A stretch of 64,000 nucleotides of DNA from Candidatus Omnitrophota bacterium (GTDB lineage Bacteria > Omnitrophota > Gorgyraeia > Gorgyraeales > Gorgyraeaceae), in NCBI GenBank assembly GCA_018814825.1, contig JAHIYJ010000090.1, positions 1,321 to 65,320 of the forward strand, in the 5' to 3' direction. Below are positions 10,097 through 18,731 of this stretch, in pieces. The position numbers were made by a program, and so were the translations under genes. Below the pieces are notes generated by a model. The model saw nothing but the letters and a program-made list of their open reading frames with translations. It was not told the origin of the DNA and made no database searches. The first letter of the stretch is position 1. Each line of letters begins with the position of its first letter.

Positions 10097-10608
10097 TAAA
10101 AGAACGCGCTAAAAAAATCAAATTACTGATACTTGATGTAGACGGCGTCCTTACAGAAGGCCATATAATCTACGATAATTTCGGGGATGAGCTTAAATGT
10201 TTTAACGTCCAGGACGGGCTGGGCATGTTCCTTCTTAATAAGGCTGGCATAAAGTCCGTGATCATAACTGCTAAAAAAAGCAAGGCCGTAAAGCGCAGGG
10301 CCCATGACATGAGGGTCTCTGCGGTATATTCAGCCCACGATAAACTTAAAGTCTACCAGAAGGTTCTTAAGAGATTCAGGGTAAAGAATGAAGAAGTATG
10401 TTTTATGGGAGATGAGCTTTTGGACCTGCCATTGATAAAAAGGGCAGGGCTCGCTATAGCGCCGCCGAACGCGGCGGAAGAGGTGAAAAACACAGCCCAT
10501 TATGTTACCAAAGAACACGGTGGCAGAGGCGCGGTGCGCGAAGTAATAGAAATCATCCTGAAATCCCAGGGCCTTTGGGATAAGGTAATCGCGAGGTATA
10601 TGGTATGA
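10093..10608 (+). CDS. kdsC: Kdo-8-phosphate phosphatase (HAD)
   Basis: DVDGVLT, GDELLDL, GGRGAVRE. Confidence 0.93.
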   Translation: MIKERAKKIKLLILDVDGVLTEGHIIYDNFGDELKCFNVQDGLGMFLLNKAGIKSVIITAKKSKAVKRRAHDMRVSAVYSAHDKLKVYQKVLKRFRVKNEEVCFMGDELLDLPLIKRAGLAIAPPNAAEEVKNTAHYVTKEHGGRGAVREVIEIILKSQGLWDKVIARYMV

Positions 10609-11282
10609 CGCGGTTTTTCAGGTTTGTTATCGTAGGAAGCGCTATTTTTCCAGCGTTATTTTTTTGCCAGTGCGCCTTCGCGTTTGATGACGGCGACTGG
10701 CAATACTGGGATACAGAAAGCGCATCCGCAGAGCTCTCTCGTAAATGGAGGTTTGGCATTGAAGAGGAGTTTCGCCGGGGCGATGATATGAAAAATCCCT
10801 ACTATAACCATACCGATATAGAGGTTGTATATTCTGGGCTGGCAGACTGGTTTGACCTTGGATTGAATTACAGGCATATAAACGAGGAAAGAAGCGGGGG
10901 CTGGAAAACAGAATACAGGCCACATCTTAACGGCACTGTCAAATGGAAATGCCGCGGCTTTTCCTTAAGTAACCGCGGAAGGTTAGAATTTAGAGAGAGA
11001 GAGGATGCGGATGAGGCCTGGCAGTACAGGAATAAAATATCAGTTAAGCCGCCCATGTCGTTCACGAAACATCAGATCCAACCCTATATCGCGGATGAGA
11101 CATTTTTTGATTCTGATTCAAAAGAGCTCAATAGGAACAGGTTTTACTCAGGCTTTTCATTTCAAATATTCAAAAATATAAAAGCGGAACCATATTACCT
11201 GTGGCAACGCTCCAAATCGTCTTCCTCGGGTAAGTGGTCGGATTATAATATAATAGGGACAAAATGGAAGCTTTTGTTTTGA
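10605..11282 (+). CDS. DUF2490-like outer-membrane beta-barrel protein
   Basis: Signal peptide, amphipathic aromatic-rich strands, C-terminal Phe; NRGRLEFR and NRNRFYSG patterns. Confidence 0.65.
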   Translation: MTRFFRFVIVGSAIFPALFFCQCAFAFDDGDWQYWDTESASAELSRKWRFGIEEEFRRGDDMKNPYYNHTDIEVVYSGLADWFDLGLNYRHINEERSGGWKTEYRPHLNGTVKWKCRGFSLSNRGRLEFREREDADEAWQYRNKISVKPPMSFTKHQIQPYIADETFFDSDSKELNRNRFYSGFSFQIFKNIKAEPYYLWQRSKSSSSGKWSDYNIIGTKWKLLF

Positions 11283-11317
11283 TGAGTCAGGCAGGGATGT
11301 GTTGGGGTTGATTGAAA

Positions 11318-12469
11318 ATGACAAAACAACAGAGAATAAATGAATTAGAGCAGGAGCTTTTAAAGGCACATCAGGACATTGAAAAGCTGGTCAGGATTAA
11401 ATCCGATTTCGTGTCCATAATCTCTCATGAATTACGCACGCCTCTAACGTCTATCAAGGAGAGCGTTTCCCTGGTTTTAGACGGGGTGACAGGCCCTCTA
11501 AATGAAAACCAGAGTGAGTTCCTGGCTATCGCCAAAAATAATATAGGCAGGCTCACCAGGCTTATAACAGACATACTTGATTTTTCAAAGCTGGAATCCG
11601 ACAGGATTAGTATGCGTAAAAGAAAAGTCAATATAAACGAGCTGATAAAAGAAGCCTATTCCATGGCCGGGACTGGCGCCGGTAAGAAGAAGCTGAGTTT
11701 TGATCTGGAGCTCTCTGACGCCTTGGAAGACGTATGGCTTGACCCCGAAAGGCTCGGCCAGGCCTTAAATCATCTCATATCTAATGCTATAAAGTTTAAC
11801 AGAGAAAATGGCAGGATAAAGATCATTAGCTCAATGGAAAATATTGACGGCCGCGGTGCGGTAAAAGTTGTCATAGAAGACACAGGCATAGGCATCATGG
11901 AGAACGATATCCCCAATCTTTTTAATCATTTCAGCCCGCTGGACACAAGCATGACGCGAGCCTCGAACGGTGTAGGGCTTGGCCTCGCCATAAGTAAGCA
12001 GATAATAGAGCTGCATGGCGGGGATATATGGGTGGAGTCAAAGAAAGACGTGGGGAGCAACTTTATTTTTACCCTGCCTGTATATAAGGAGGGCGAAGAG
12101 TTTGAATTTATCCTTGAAGAGTCTATAGAGCGCTCAGAGCAAAATGATATGAATTTAGCCCTTATCCTATTTGGGATTGATTCCCATAAAGATTCCAAAA
12201 AAGAGACATTAGACCGGATAGAGAAGATTATAAGCTCAAGCGTTAGAGGCCCTGAGGATAAAACCGTGAGATTTAAAAAAGGGGAGTTTGTGGCTGTTAT
12301 GGCCGGGACTGACAGGACAGGCGCGATGAAGATAATCAACAGGCTCAGAGGCAAGCTGGAAACGCCTGTATGTTTTGGGCTGGCCATCTATCCTGATGAA
12401 TCTCTGGATAAAGATAAGCTGGTAAAAAAGGCTGAAAAGGATTTAAAGACAGGTAAACATTTCATATAA
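11318..12469 (+). CDS. Cytoplasmic histidine kinase with C-terminal degenerate GGDEF-like domain
   Basis: SHELRTPL, NAIKF, DTGIGI, GVGLGL; C-terminal VRFKKGEF...GLAIYPD...AEKDL. Confidence 0.85.
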   Translation: MTKQQRINELEQELLKAHQDIEKLVRIKSDFVSIISHELRTPLTSIKESVSLVLDGVTGPLNENQSEFLAIAKNNIGRLTRLITDILDFSKLESDRISMRKRKVNINELIKEAYSMAGTGAGKKKLSFDLELSDALEDVWLDPERLGQALNHLISNAIKFNRENGRIKIISSMENIDGRGAVKVVIEDTGIGIMENDIPNLFNHFSPLDTSMTRASNGVGLGLAISKQIIELHGGDIWVESKKDVGSNFIFTLPVYKEGEEFEFILEESIERSEQNDMNLALILFGIDSHKDSKKETLDRIEKIISSSVRGPEDKTVRFKKGEFVAVMAGTDRTGAMKIINRLRGKLETPVCFGLAIYPDESLDKDKLVKKAEKDLKTGKHFI

Positions 12470-12481
12470 CGGGGGTGCGGG

Positions 12482-12847
12482 ATGGATAAGAAAAAGATAC
12501 TGGTGGTAGACGATGACCCTGATTTGCTTAGGATGCTGAAACTCAGGATGGAATCGGAAGGCTATGAGTTTTTGTCAGCTCAGGACGGAGAAGAGATGTT
12601 AAAGATAATGAAGGCTAAAAGGCCGGATGCCGTGCTTTTGGATATAATGCTTCCCAAGGTTGACGGGTATACTGCGTTACGCGAGATGAGAAAAGAAGAT
12701 TCCTTTAAAGATACACCTGTGATAGTTATGACCGCGAAAGAGCAAAAAAAAGTAGGAGATCTGTTTGCGCTCGAAAAAGTAGCATTTTTCGTGGAAAAAC
12801 CTTTTGATTCAAAAGACTTGTTAGAGAAAATAAAAGAGGTGTTATGA
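12482..12847 (+). CDS. Single-domain response regulator (CheY-like)
   Basis: VVDDD, LLDIMLP, KPF. Confidence 0.92.
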   Translation: MDKKKILVVDDDPDLLRMLKLRMESEGYEFLSAQDGEEMLKIMKAKRPDAVLLDIMLPKVDGYTALREMRKEDSFKDTPVIVMTAKEQKKVGDLFALEKVAFFVEKPFDSKDLLEKIKEVL

Positions 12848-13215
12848 TGAACAGAAAAAGGATACTTATAGTGGATGATGAGGATGACCTGAGAAAGATG
12901 TTGAGGTTCAGGTTGGAGGCGGCGGGGTATGATATTGATGAAGCCGGCGATGGACAGGAAGGCCTTGATAAGGCGAGGTCTCACTGGCCGGATCTGATTC
13001 TGCTGGATCTTATGCTTCCCAAGATCGACGGTTACAAGGTATGCAGGATGCTCAAGTTTGATGAGAAGCATAAGCATAAACCTGTTATCATGTTCACTGC
13101 GCGCGCCCAGGAGAAAGACATGGAGCTCGGCAAAGAAATGGGGGCTGACGCGTATATAACCAAACCATTTGAGCCTAAGGTTCTTTTGGATAAGATAAAG
13201 GAATTATTAAAATAG
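12844..13215 (+). CDS. Single-domain response regulator (CheY-like)
   Basis: IVDDE, LLDLMLP, KPF. Confidence 0.92.
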   Translation: MMNRKRILIVDDEDDLRKMLRFRLEAAGYDIDEAGDGQEGLDKARSHWPDLILLDLMLPKIDGYKVCRMLKFDEKHKHKPVIMFTARAQEKDMELGKEMGADAYITKPFEPKVLLDKIKELLK

Positions 13216-13243
13216 CGTATAGCGGGCAGCGTTTAGCGGATAG
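13213..13243 (+). repeat. Short degenerate heptamer run (TAGCGNN)x4
   Basis: TAGCGTA TAGCGGG CAGCGTT TAGCGGA TAG starting at the stop codon. Confidence 0.6.
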
Positions 13244-13268
13244 GAAAAACTAAAACATGGAGGATAAT

Positions 13269-13643
13269 ATGCCAGGCCAAAAAAAGATTCTTGTGATTGA
13301 TGACGAAGAGGACATACTGAAGCTCCTTAAGATAAGGCTGGAGCAGGAAAATTTCAATATCATAACTGCCTCTGACGGTGACGTGGGCGTGAAGGCGGCT
13401 GAACAGGAAGTGCCGGATCTGATCATTCTTGATATCATGATGCCTAAGATGGACGGCTATAGCTGTCTTAAGGAGATAAGAGGCCTTCCGAAGACAAAGG
13501 ATATCCCTGTTCTTATGCTGAGCGGGAAGGAAGAGGAAAAGGTGCGGGATCTATTCGCATTTCAGAAAATAAGCGGTTATATAGAGAAGCCATTTGAGCT
13601 GGATAATGTAGTGGCAAAGGTAAAAGAGATACTTAATAGATAA
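13269..13643 (+). CDS. Single-domain response regulator (CheY-like)
   Basis: VIDDE, ILDIMMP, KPF; GGAGG RBS before ATG 13269. Confidence 0.9.
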   Translation: MPGQKKILVIDDEEDILKLLKIRLEQENFNIITASDGDVGVKAAEQEVPDLIILDIMMPKMDGYSCLKEIRGLPKTKDIPVLMLSGKEEEKVRDLFAFQKISGYIEKPFELDNVVAKVKEILNR

Positions 13644-13659
13644 GGAAAAAAAGGCTATT

Positions 13660-15354
13660 ATGTCAGGGAAACAGAAAAAAGCTTTAGGTGAGAGCCTTGT
13701 GGAAGAGGGCATAATAACAGCTGAGCAGTTGAAACAGGCTAAGACAGAAGAAAAACGTTCGGGTCTCAGGTTAAGAAAAGCCCTCGTGAAAACAGGGTTG
13801 ATTACGGAAGAAGACCTTGTAATGTTTCTGAGCGGTAAGCTAGGTATACCACGGATAGAGCTAGGCAGTTATTTGATAGACTCTAAAGTAACGGAATTGG
13901 TGTCGGAGGATCTGGCGCGGAAATACGAGCTTATACCGATATTTAAAATAGGCAATCGTCTCACCTGCGCCATGGTCGATCCCTGGAATGTATTTGCCCT
14001 GGATGAGATAAGGCTCAAGACAAATTTGATTATAGAGCCTGCGGTGGCGACAGAGGCTGAGATAAAAAAGGCCCTGGATGAACATTATGGCGCGAAGGGG
14101 ACCATGGAAGACGTGATAAAGTCTATTGATGAGAAAGGCATTGGCGCAAAGGACGGAAAAGAAATAGACCTCAAGGAATTAGAGGGAATCGCTGAAGAGC
14201 CAGTAGTCATAAAATTGGTAAATCTGATTATAATGAAGGCTGTCCGCGAAGGCGCCAGCGATATCCATATAGAGCCCGAAGAGGATACGCTAAAGACGAG
14301 ATTCAGGGTAGATGGCGTGTTACACGAGGTATCTGCCTCGCCTAAACATCTTCAATCAGCAATTATTTCAAGGATTAAGATAATGGCGAATCTGGACATA
14401 GCGGAGAGGAGGGCGCCTCAGGACGGCAGGTTCACGCTCAAGATGGAAGGCAGGGAGATCGATATACGGGTTTCCTGTATGCCTACCATATATGGAGAGA
14501 ATGTCGTATTGCGAATATTGGATGTATCGAGTGCCCTATTGGACTTCAAAGATACGGGTTTTTCAGAAGATATTTTAGAAAAATATCAGAAACTTATTTT
14601 TCATCCGCATGGCATGATATTGGTCACTGGACCGACAGGATGCGGGAAAACTACCACGCTTTATGTCTCATTGGACAAAATAAATACAGTTGAGAAGAAT
14701 ATTATAACTATTGAAGATCCCGTTGAGTATAAACTATCTGGTATAAGGCAAATGCAGGTGAATCCCAAGGTAGATCTGACGTTTGCCAATGGTTTGAGGT
14801 CGATGTTAAGACAGGATCCTGACGTGATAATGGTAGGCGAGATCAGAGATTTCCAGACAGCAGAGATAGCGATTCACGCTGCCCTGACCGGGCATCTGGT
14901 CTTTTCCACGCTCCACACGAATGACGCGGCAGGGGCATTAACGAGGATGATTGATATGGGTGTCGAGCCGTTTCTTGTCTCCTCTTCCCTAATTGCTGTC
15001 TTGGCGCAGAGGCTTGTGAGGACTATCTGTAAGGATTGCAAAGAAGAATATACCCCGACAGAGGAAACCATGCGAGACATCGGCCTTCTCGACGAGCGAC
15101 GAATAAAATTCTATCGCGGCAAAGGCTGTTCCAAATGCATGAATACAGGCTATAAAGGCAGGATCGGGATATTTGAGTTGATGCCAATAGATGAGAATAT
15201 ACGCAAACTGACTATAGCCAGAGCGCCGCATGATGAGGTCAAAAAACAGGCTATAGCCTCAGGCATGATAACGCTGAAACAGGACGGCATTAAAAAGGTA
15301 AAAGAAGGTATTACTACTGTTGAAGAGATGCTTCGCGTGATCCAGGAGGAGTAA
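13660..15354 (+). CDS. pilB: Type IV pilus/T2SS assembly ATPase (PilB/GspE)
   Basis: ASDIHIEP, GPTGCGKTT, LRQDPD, HLVFSTLHTN, tetra-Cys motif. Confidence 0.93.
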   Translation: MSGKQKKALGESLVEEGIITAEQLKQAKTEEKRSGLRLRKALVKTGLITEEDLVMFLSGKLGIPRIELGSYLIDSKVTELVSEDLARKYELIPIFKIGNRLTCAMVDPWNVFALDEIRLKTNLIIEPAVATEAEIKKALDEHYGAKGTMEDVIKSIDEKGIGAKDGKEIDLKELEGIAEEPVVIKLVNLIIMKAVREGASDIHIEPEEDTLKTRFRVDGVLHEVSASPKHLQSAIISRIKIMANLDIAERRAPQDGRFTLKMEGREIDIRVSCMPTIYGENVVLRILDVSSALLDFKDTGFSEDILEKYQKLIFHPHGMILVTGPTGCGKTTTLYVSLDKINTVEKNIITIEDPVEYKLSGIRQMQVNPKVDLTFANGLRSMLRQDPDVIMVGEIRDFQTAEIAIHAALTGHLVFSTLHTNDAAGALTRMIDMGVEPFLVSSSLIAVLAQRLVRTICKDCKEEYTPTEETMRDIGLLDERRIKFYRGKGCSKCMNTGYKGRIGIFELMPIDENIRKLTIARAPHDEVKKQAIASGMITLKQDGIKKVKEGITTVEEMLRVIQEE

Positions 15355-15360
15355 CCTTAT

Positions 15361-15420
15361 CGTTTACCGTGTACCGTTTACCGCACGAGACGGTACACGG
15401 TAAACTGTAAGCGAAACACG
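15361..15420. repeat. Inverted heptamer element, family H-B (CGTTTAC / ACGGTAA), copy 1
   Basis: Perfect 16-bp stem GTTTACCGTGTACCGT (15362-15377)/ACGGTACACGGTAAAC (15390-15405). Confidence 0.9.
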
Positions 15421-15431
15421 GAGGTTTTAAG

Positions 15432-16646
15432 TTGCCTACTTACATTTATAAAGCCAGGGATGCCACAGGTAAGTTAGTGAAAGGCACCATGGACGCGTCC
15501 AATAGAGACGAACTTACAGAGAAACTCCAAAGAATGGGGTATATGACTACCTATGCCGCGGAGATCACTCCCGGAGTCAGGGTCGAATCTATATTTGAAA
15601 GGATGAGGAGGATAAGCGCCGAGGACATGATAATATTTAATGTCCAGCTCGCCAATATGATAAATTCAGGTATACCTATTCTGGTCTGCCTGGATACGCT
15701 GGATAAACAGATTGAAAACAGGACGCTGAGGATCACCGTCGGTAATGTGAAGAGAAATCTTGAGTCAGGCGACAGCTTCTCTCAGGCCCTGGCGAGGCAC
15801 CCGCGGGTATTCTCCAAGTTATTTATAAATATGGTAAAGACCGGTGAGGCCAGCGGAAAGCTGGATACTGTTTTGACCGGGTTTGCTGAATTTACTGAAC
15901 GACAGGAAGAGTTAAAGCAGAAGATTAAAGGTGCGCTTTTTTACCCGATCATACTTTTATTCGCCGGTATCGCGGTCACGATTTTCATAGTTACTTTTAT
16001 TATCCCTCAGTTTGCCGAGATTTTCATGAAGGTAGGCATAAAATTACCCGCGCCTACATTGATCCTTTATAGGATTGGGACGGCCATCAAGAGTTACTGG
16101 TATTTAATAGGCCTTTTTTTTGCGGTAACATGCATAGGCGTAAAATATTATATAAGGACAGAAAAAGGTAGATTTAATTTTGATAGACTTAAATTAAAAG
16201 CACCTGTGCTTGGCCCATTGTTTCGTAAAGTGGCGATATCGAGATTTGCCAGGACATTGGCGACGCTTGTCTCAAGCGGTGTTTCTATATTGGTATCACT
16301 GGATATTACAAAGGAGGTAATTGGGAATGAAGTACTGAGTCGTGTTATTACAAATGTCCGCGCTTCTGTTGAGAAAGGAGAAGGCATTGCCGAGAGCCTG
16401 AAGATAAGCGGGGAATTCCCCCAGGATACAGTGCAGATGATCTCGGTAGGAGAGGAGACAGGAAATTTAGAGGGCATGCTGAATAAGATCTCGGATTTTT
16501 ACAATATGTCTTTAGGATACACCATAAAAAAGTTGACTACTATAATAGAGCCTTTATTTTTGGTCATCATGGGGAGCATGGTGGGTTTTATCATGGCGTC
16601 GATGCTTTTACCGATGTTTGACATGATGAAGGTATTGAGACATTGA
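15432..16646 (+). CDS. pilC: Inner-membrane platform protein (PilC/GspF)
   Basis: TTG start after GGAGG; GEASGKLD, YPIIL, GEETGNL, IEP...LLPMF. Confidence 0.93.
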   Translation: MPTYIYKARDATGKLVKGTMDASNRDELTEKLQRMGYMTTYAAEITPGVRVESIFERMRRISAEDMIIFNVQLANMINSGIPILVCLDTLDKQIENRTLRITVGNVKRNLESGDSFSQALARHPRVFSKLFINMVKTGEASGKLDTVLTGFAEFTERQEELKQKIKGALFYPIILLFAGIAVTIFIVTFIIPQFAEIFMKVGIKLPAPTLILYRIGTAIKSYWYLIGLFFAVTCIGVKYYIRTEKGRFNFDRLKLKAPVLGPLFRKVAISRFARTLATLVSSGVSILVSLDITKEVIGNEVLSRVITNVRASVEKGEGIAESLKISGEFPQDTVQMISVGEETGNLEGMLNKISDFYNMSLGYTIKKLTTIIEPLFLVIMGSMVGFIMASMLLPMFDMMKVLRH

Positions 16647-16648
16647 TC

Positions 16649-16687
16649 TCGTATATCGTATGTAGTATGTCGTATATAGTATATCGT
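16649..16687 (+). repeat. Heptamer array family H-A, left-arm orientation (TCGTATA)n, unpaired
   Basis: TCGTATA TCGTATG TAGTATG TCGTATA TAGTATA TCGT, 2 nt after pilC stop. Confidence 0.92.
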
Positions 16688-16725
16688 TTTTCATTGAACA
16701 CTGAATGCAAAAAAAGGGGGTGGTT

Positions 16726-17175
16726 ATGAGAAAAGGTTTTACACTAATTGAGCTATTGATAGTCATTGCGGTGATATCTATCCTGATCGGGATCGCTCTC
16801 CCGCGTTTTAAGGGGATGCAGGATGAAGGAAATATTGCCAAAGCAAAGGGAGAATTAAAAACGCTTCAAGTCGCAGTAGAGAGTTATTATATCCATAATA
16901 ATAATACCTATCCAGCCACAGGTTCTGCAGCGCTTGAGACAGCATTAGCCAGCGCCACCCCTAGCATCATAACTTCTGTGCCTACGGATCCTTTTCGTTC
17001 TACCGGGGCGGATTATGTATATGTAAGAGGTGGTACAAACGGCAAATACTATATTATTTATTCTGTGGGGCCGGGCGGCAATGGAAGCGCGTCTATATCG
17101 AGCAATGCAGTCAGCGAGACGAATGGCTCGAGCTGCATCTATGTCTCTAATATGGGGGAGGATGTACAGCCATAA
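16726..17175 (+). CDS. Type IV pilin / GspG-like major (pseudo)pilin
   Basis: MRKG|FTLIELL class III signal; PTDPF motif; RBS before ATG 16726. Confidence 0.9.
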   Translation: MRKGFTLIELLIVIAVISILIGIALPRFKGMQDEGNIAKAKGELKTLQVAVESYYIHNNNTYPATGSAALETALASATPSIITSVPTDPFRSTGADYVYVRGGTNGKYYIIYSVGPGGNGSASISSNAVSETNGSSCIYVSNMGEDVQP

Positions 17176-17176
17176 C

Positions 17177-17618
17177 TCGTATGTAGTATGTCGTACATAG
17201 CATATCGTAATATGGATAAGAAGATCAGAAGTTTTAAGGATTTGAAAATTTGGCGAAAAGGTATAGAGATTGTCAAAGATACTTACGGGCTAACAGAGAG
17301 CTTTCCAGATAAAGAATTATATGGTTTAACGTCTCAGATGAGAAAGGCAGCTGTATCTCTGCCGTCAAATATAGCTGAAGGATTTAAAAGGTATCATAAT
17401 AAAGAATATAAGCAATTTTTACATATAGCCTTAGGATCAGCGGCAGAATTGGAAACACAGTTTATAATAGCACAAGAGCTTGACTATATTAACAAGGAAG
17501 AACTCGAAAATATCTCAGAAAAGTTAGATCATCTTTCAAAGATGATAACTGCCTTAATACATAAGTTAAGATAATGACATGCCTACGATATACGATATAC
17601 GATATACGATATACGAAA
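17177..17618. mobile_element. Putative repeat-bounded cassette: (TCGTATA)n - four-helix-bundle gene - (TACGATA)n
   Basis: Left arm 17177-17211 and right arm 17584-17618 are reverse-complementary heptamer arrays enclosing exactly one gene; mobility is inferred. Confidence 0.6.
17212..17574 (+). CDS. Four-helix-bundle protein (23S rRNA IVP / TIGR02436 family, structurally related to DGR Avd)
   Basis: SFKDLKIW, FPDKELYGLTSQMRKAAVSLPSNIAEG, GSAAELETQ; the ORF-track start at 17188 lies inside the repeat. Confidence 0.92.
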   Translation: MDKKIRSFKDLKIWRKGIEIVKDTYGLTESFPDKELYGLTSQMRKAAVSLPSNIAEGFKRYHNKEYKQFLHIALGSAAELETQFIIAQELDYINKEELENISEKLDHLSKMITALIHKLR

Positions 17619-17963
17619 TGTGGGTTCACTCTACTCGAGATCCTGATTACCATCATCATCCTCACAATAGGCGTGGTTACATTGACCAGCGCTTTTAGTT
17701 CAGGGCTCTTCGCCACTACCGATGTTGAGAATGTGGATCTGGCATTAAATATTGCGCAGGCAAAGATGGAGCAGATCAAGAATACAGCCTTTGCCAGTTT
17801 AGTTGACAGCGGGCCTACTGCTGATGCGAATTTCTCGAACTTTAACGTAACCGTAGATGTGGCCGAGGGCGATGATCCTATGCAGGTGGATGTTACAGTT
17901 AGTTGGAATGTTAAAGGCGGCTCGCCGAGCATTACGTTGACGACGCTGGTCGTTGATTACTGA
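17574..17963 (+). CDS. Minor pilin (PilV/GspI-like) with repeat-derived leader
   Basis: MTCLRYTIYDIRYTKCG|FTLLE; TAATG overlap with upstream gene. Confidence 0.85.
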   Translation: MTCLRYTIYDIRYTKCGFTLLEILITIIILTIGVVTLTSAFSSGLFATTDVENVDLALNIAQAKMEQIKNTAFASLVDSGPTADANFSNFNVTVDVAEGDDPMQVDVTVSWNVKGGSPSITLTTLVVDY

Positions 17964-17966
17964 TTA

Positions 17967-18077
17967 TCGTATATAGTATATCGTAAAATGCAAAACCATA
18001 ATTCAAAACTAGGATTATTAAACCCCCAATTTTTACCCAAAAAGCGATATACGATATACGACATACGACATACGAAA
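17967..18077. repeat. Family H-A gene-less inverted element, copy 1
   Basis: Left arm 17967-17987, ATG 17988, ~57-nt spacer, right arm 18045-18077. Confidence 0.9.
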
Positions 18078-18590
18078 CAAGGTTTAACTCTCATTGAGCT
18101 AATGATAACAATCGCGATGTTCAGTATTCTGGCAGTAGTTACCGTATATATATTTCGAGCGGTTTTATTAAGCTGGTCAAGTCAGGAGACAAGGGCAGGG
18201 ATTGATATAGTCCTTGATAGAGGCATAGAAGAGATGGTGCGGGATTTAAGAGAGGCAAAAGAGATTCAATCCACTGGCGGTTATGACGAGATAAGATTTT
18301 CACAGGACCAGAGCACTTATTATATCTACTACCTTTATAATGCCAGAGATTCTTATGCTCCTCCGCCAGCCTTTGACCAGACTGTATACGAATTGAGGAA
18401 AGCGGTTTTAACAGGAGATATAAACGGAAGTTTTACGTATGGCTCAGGCCAGATTATAATAACCGATGTCCTTCCTCCTGCTGTTTCTGATTTGTCCTTG
18501 AGTGGTAATATAGTGGCTATTGACCTGAGTGTTGCCAGGGGCGATGAAGCGATTCGCTCGAGGACCGAAGTGATGCCGAGAAATCTTTGA
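17988..18590 (+). CDS. Minor pilin (PilW/GspJ-like) with 32-aa repeat-containing leader
   Basis: ...RYTIYDIRHTKQG|LTLIEL; MVRDLREA; C-terminal PRNL. Confidence 0.85.
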   Translation: MQNHNSKLGLLNPQFLPKKRYTIYDIRHTKQGLTLIELMITIAMFSILAVVTVYIFRAVLLSWSSQETRAGIDIVLDRGIEEMVRDLREAKEIQSTGGYDEIRFSQDQSTYYIYYLYNARDSYAPPPAFDQTVYELRKAVLTGDINGSFTYGSGQIIITDVLPPAVSDLSLSGNIVAIDLSVARGDEAIRSRTEVMPRNL

Positions 18591-18591
18591 T

Positions 18592-18731
18592 TCGTATATA
18601 GCATATCGTATGTAGTATATTGTAAAATGATAGACAAAAACTTAAAACCAGGATTTTTAAACAAATCTTTTTTACTACCAAACGATATACGATATACGAC
18701 ATACGATATACGAAACATGCGATATGCGAAA
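18592..18731. repeat. Family H-A gene-less inverted element, copy 2
   Basis: Left arm 18592-18626, ATG 18627, ~54-nt spacer, right arm 18681-18731. Confidence 0.9.

Noticed and set aside
10595-10608. TATATGG shared by the kdsC end and the lpxL start (57573) as a possible target-site duplication of the pilus block
   Set aside because: Seven AT-rich bases are too short to be significant without an empty-site genome
17212-17574. Diversity-generating retroelement (Avd-like gene near pilins)
   Set aside because: No reverse transcriptase and no TR/VR pair differing at adenines was seen in the window; an RT elsewhere cannot be excluded
17212-17574. 23S rRNA gene with intervening sequence
   Set aside because: Flanks are pilin genes; no rRNA sequence present
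16649-18731. CRISPR array
   Set aside because: Units are 7-bp tandem repeats in inverted arms, not 23-50 bp repeats with unique spacers; no cas genes
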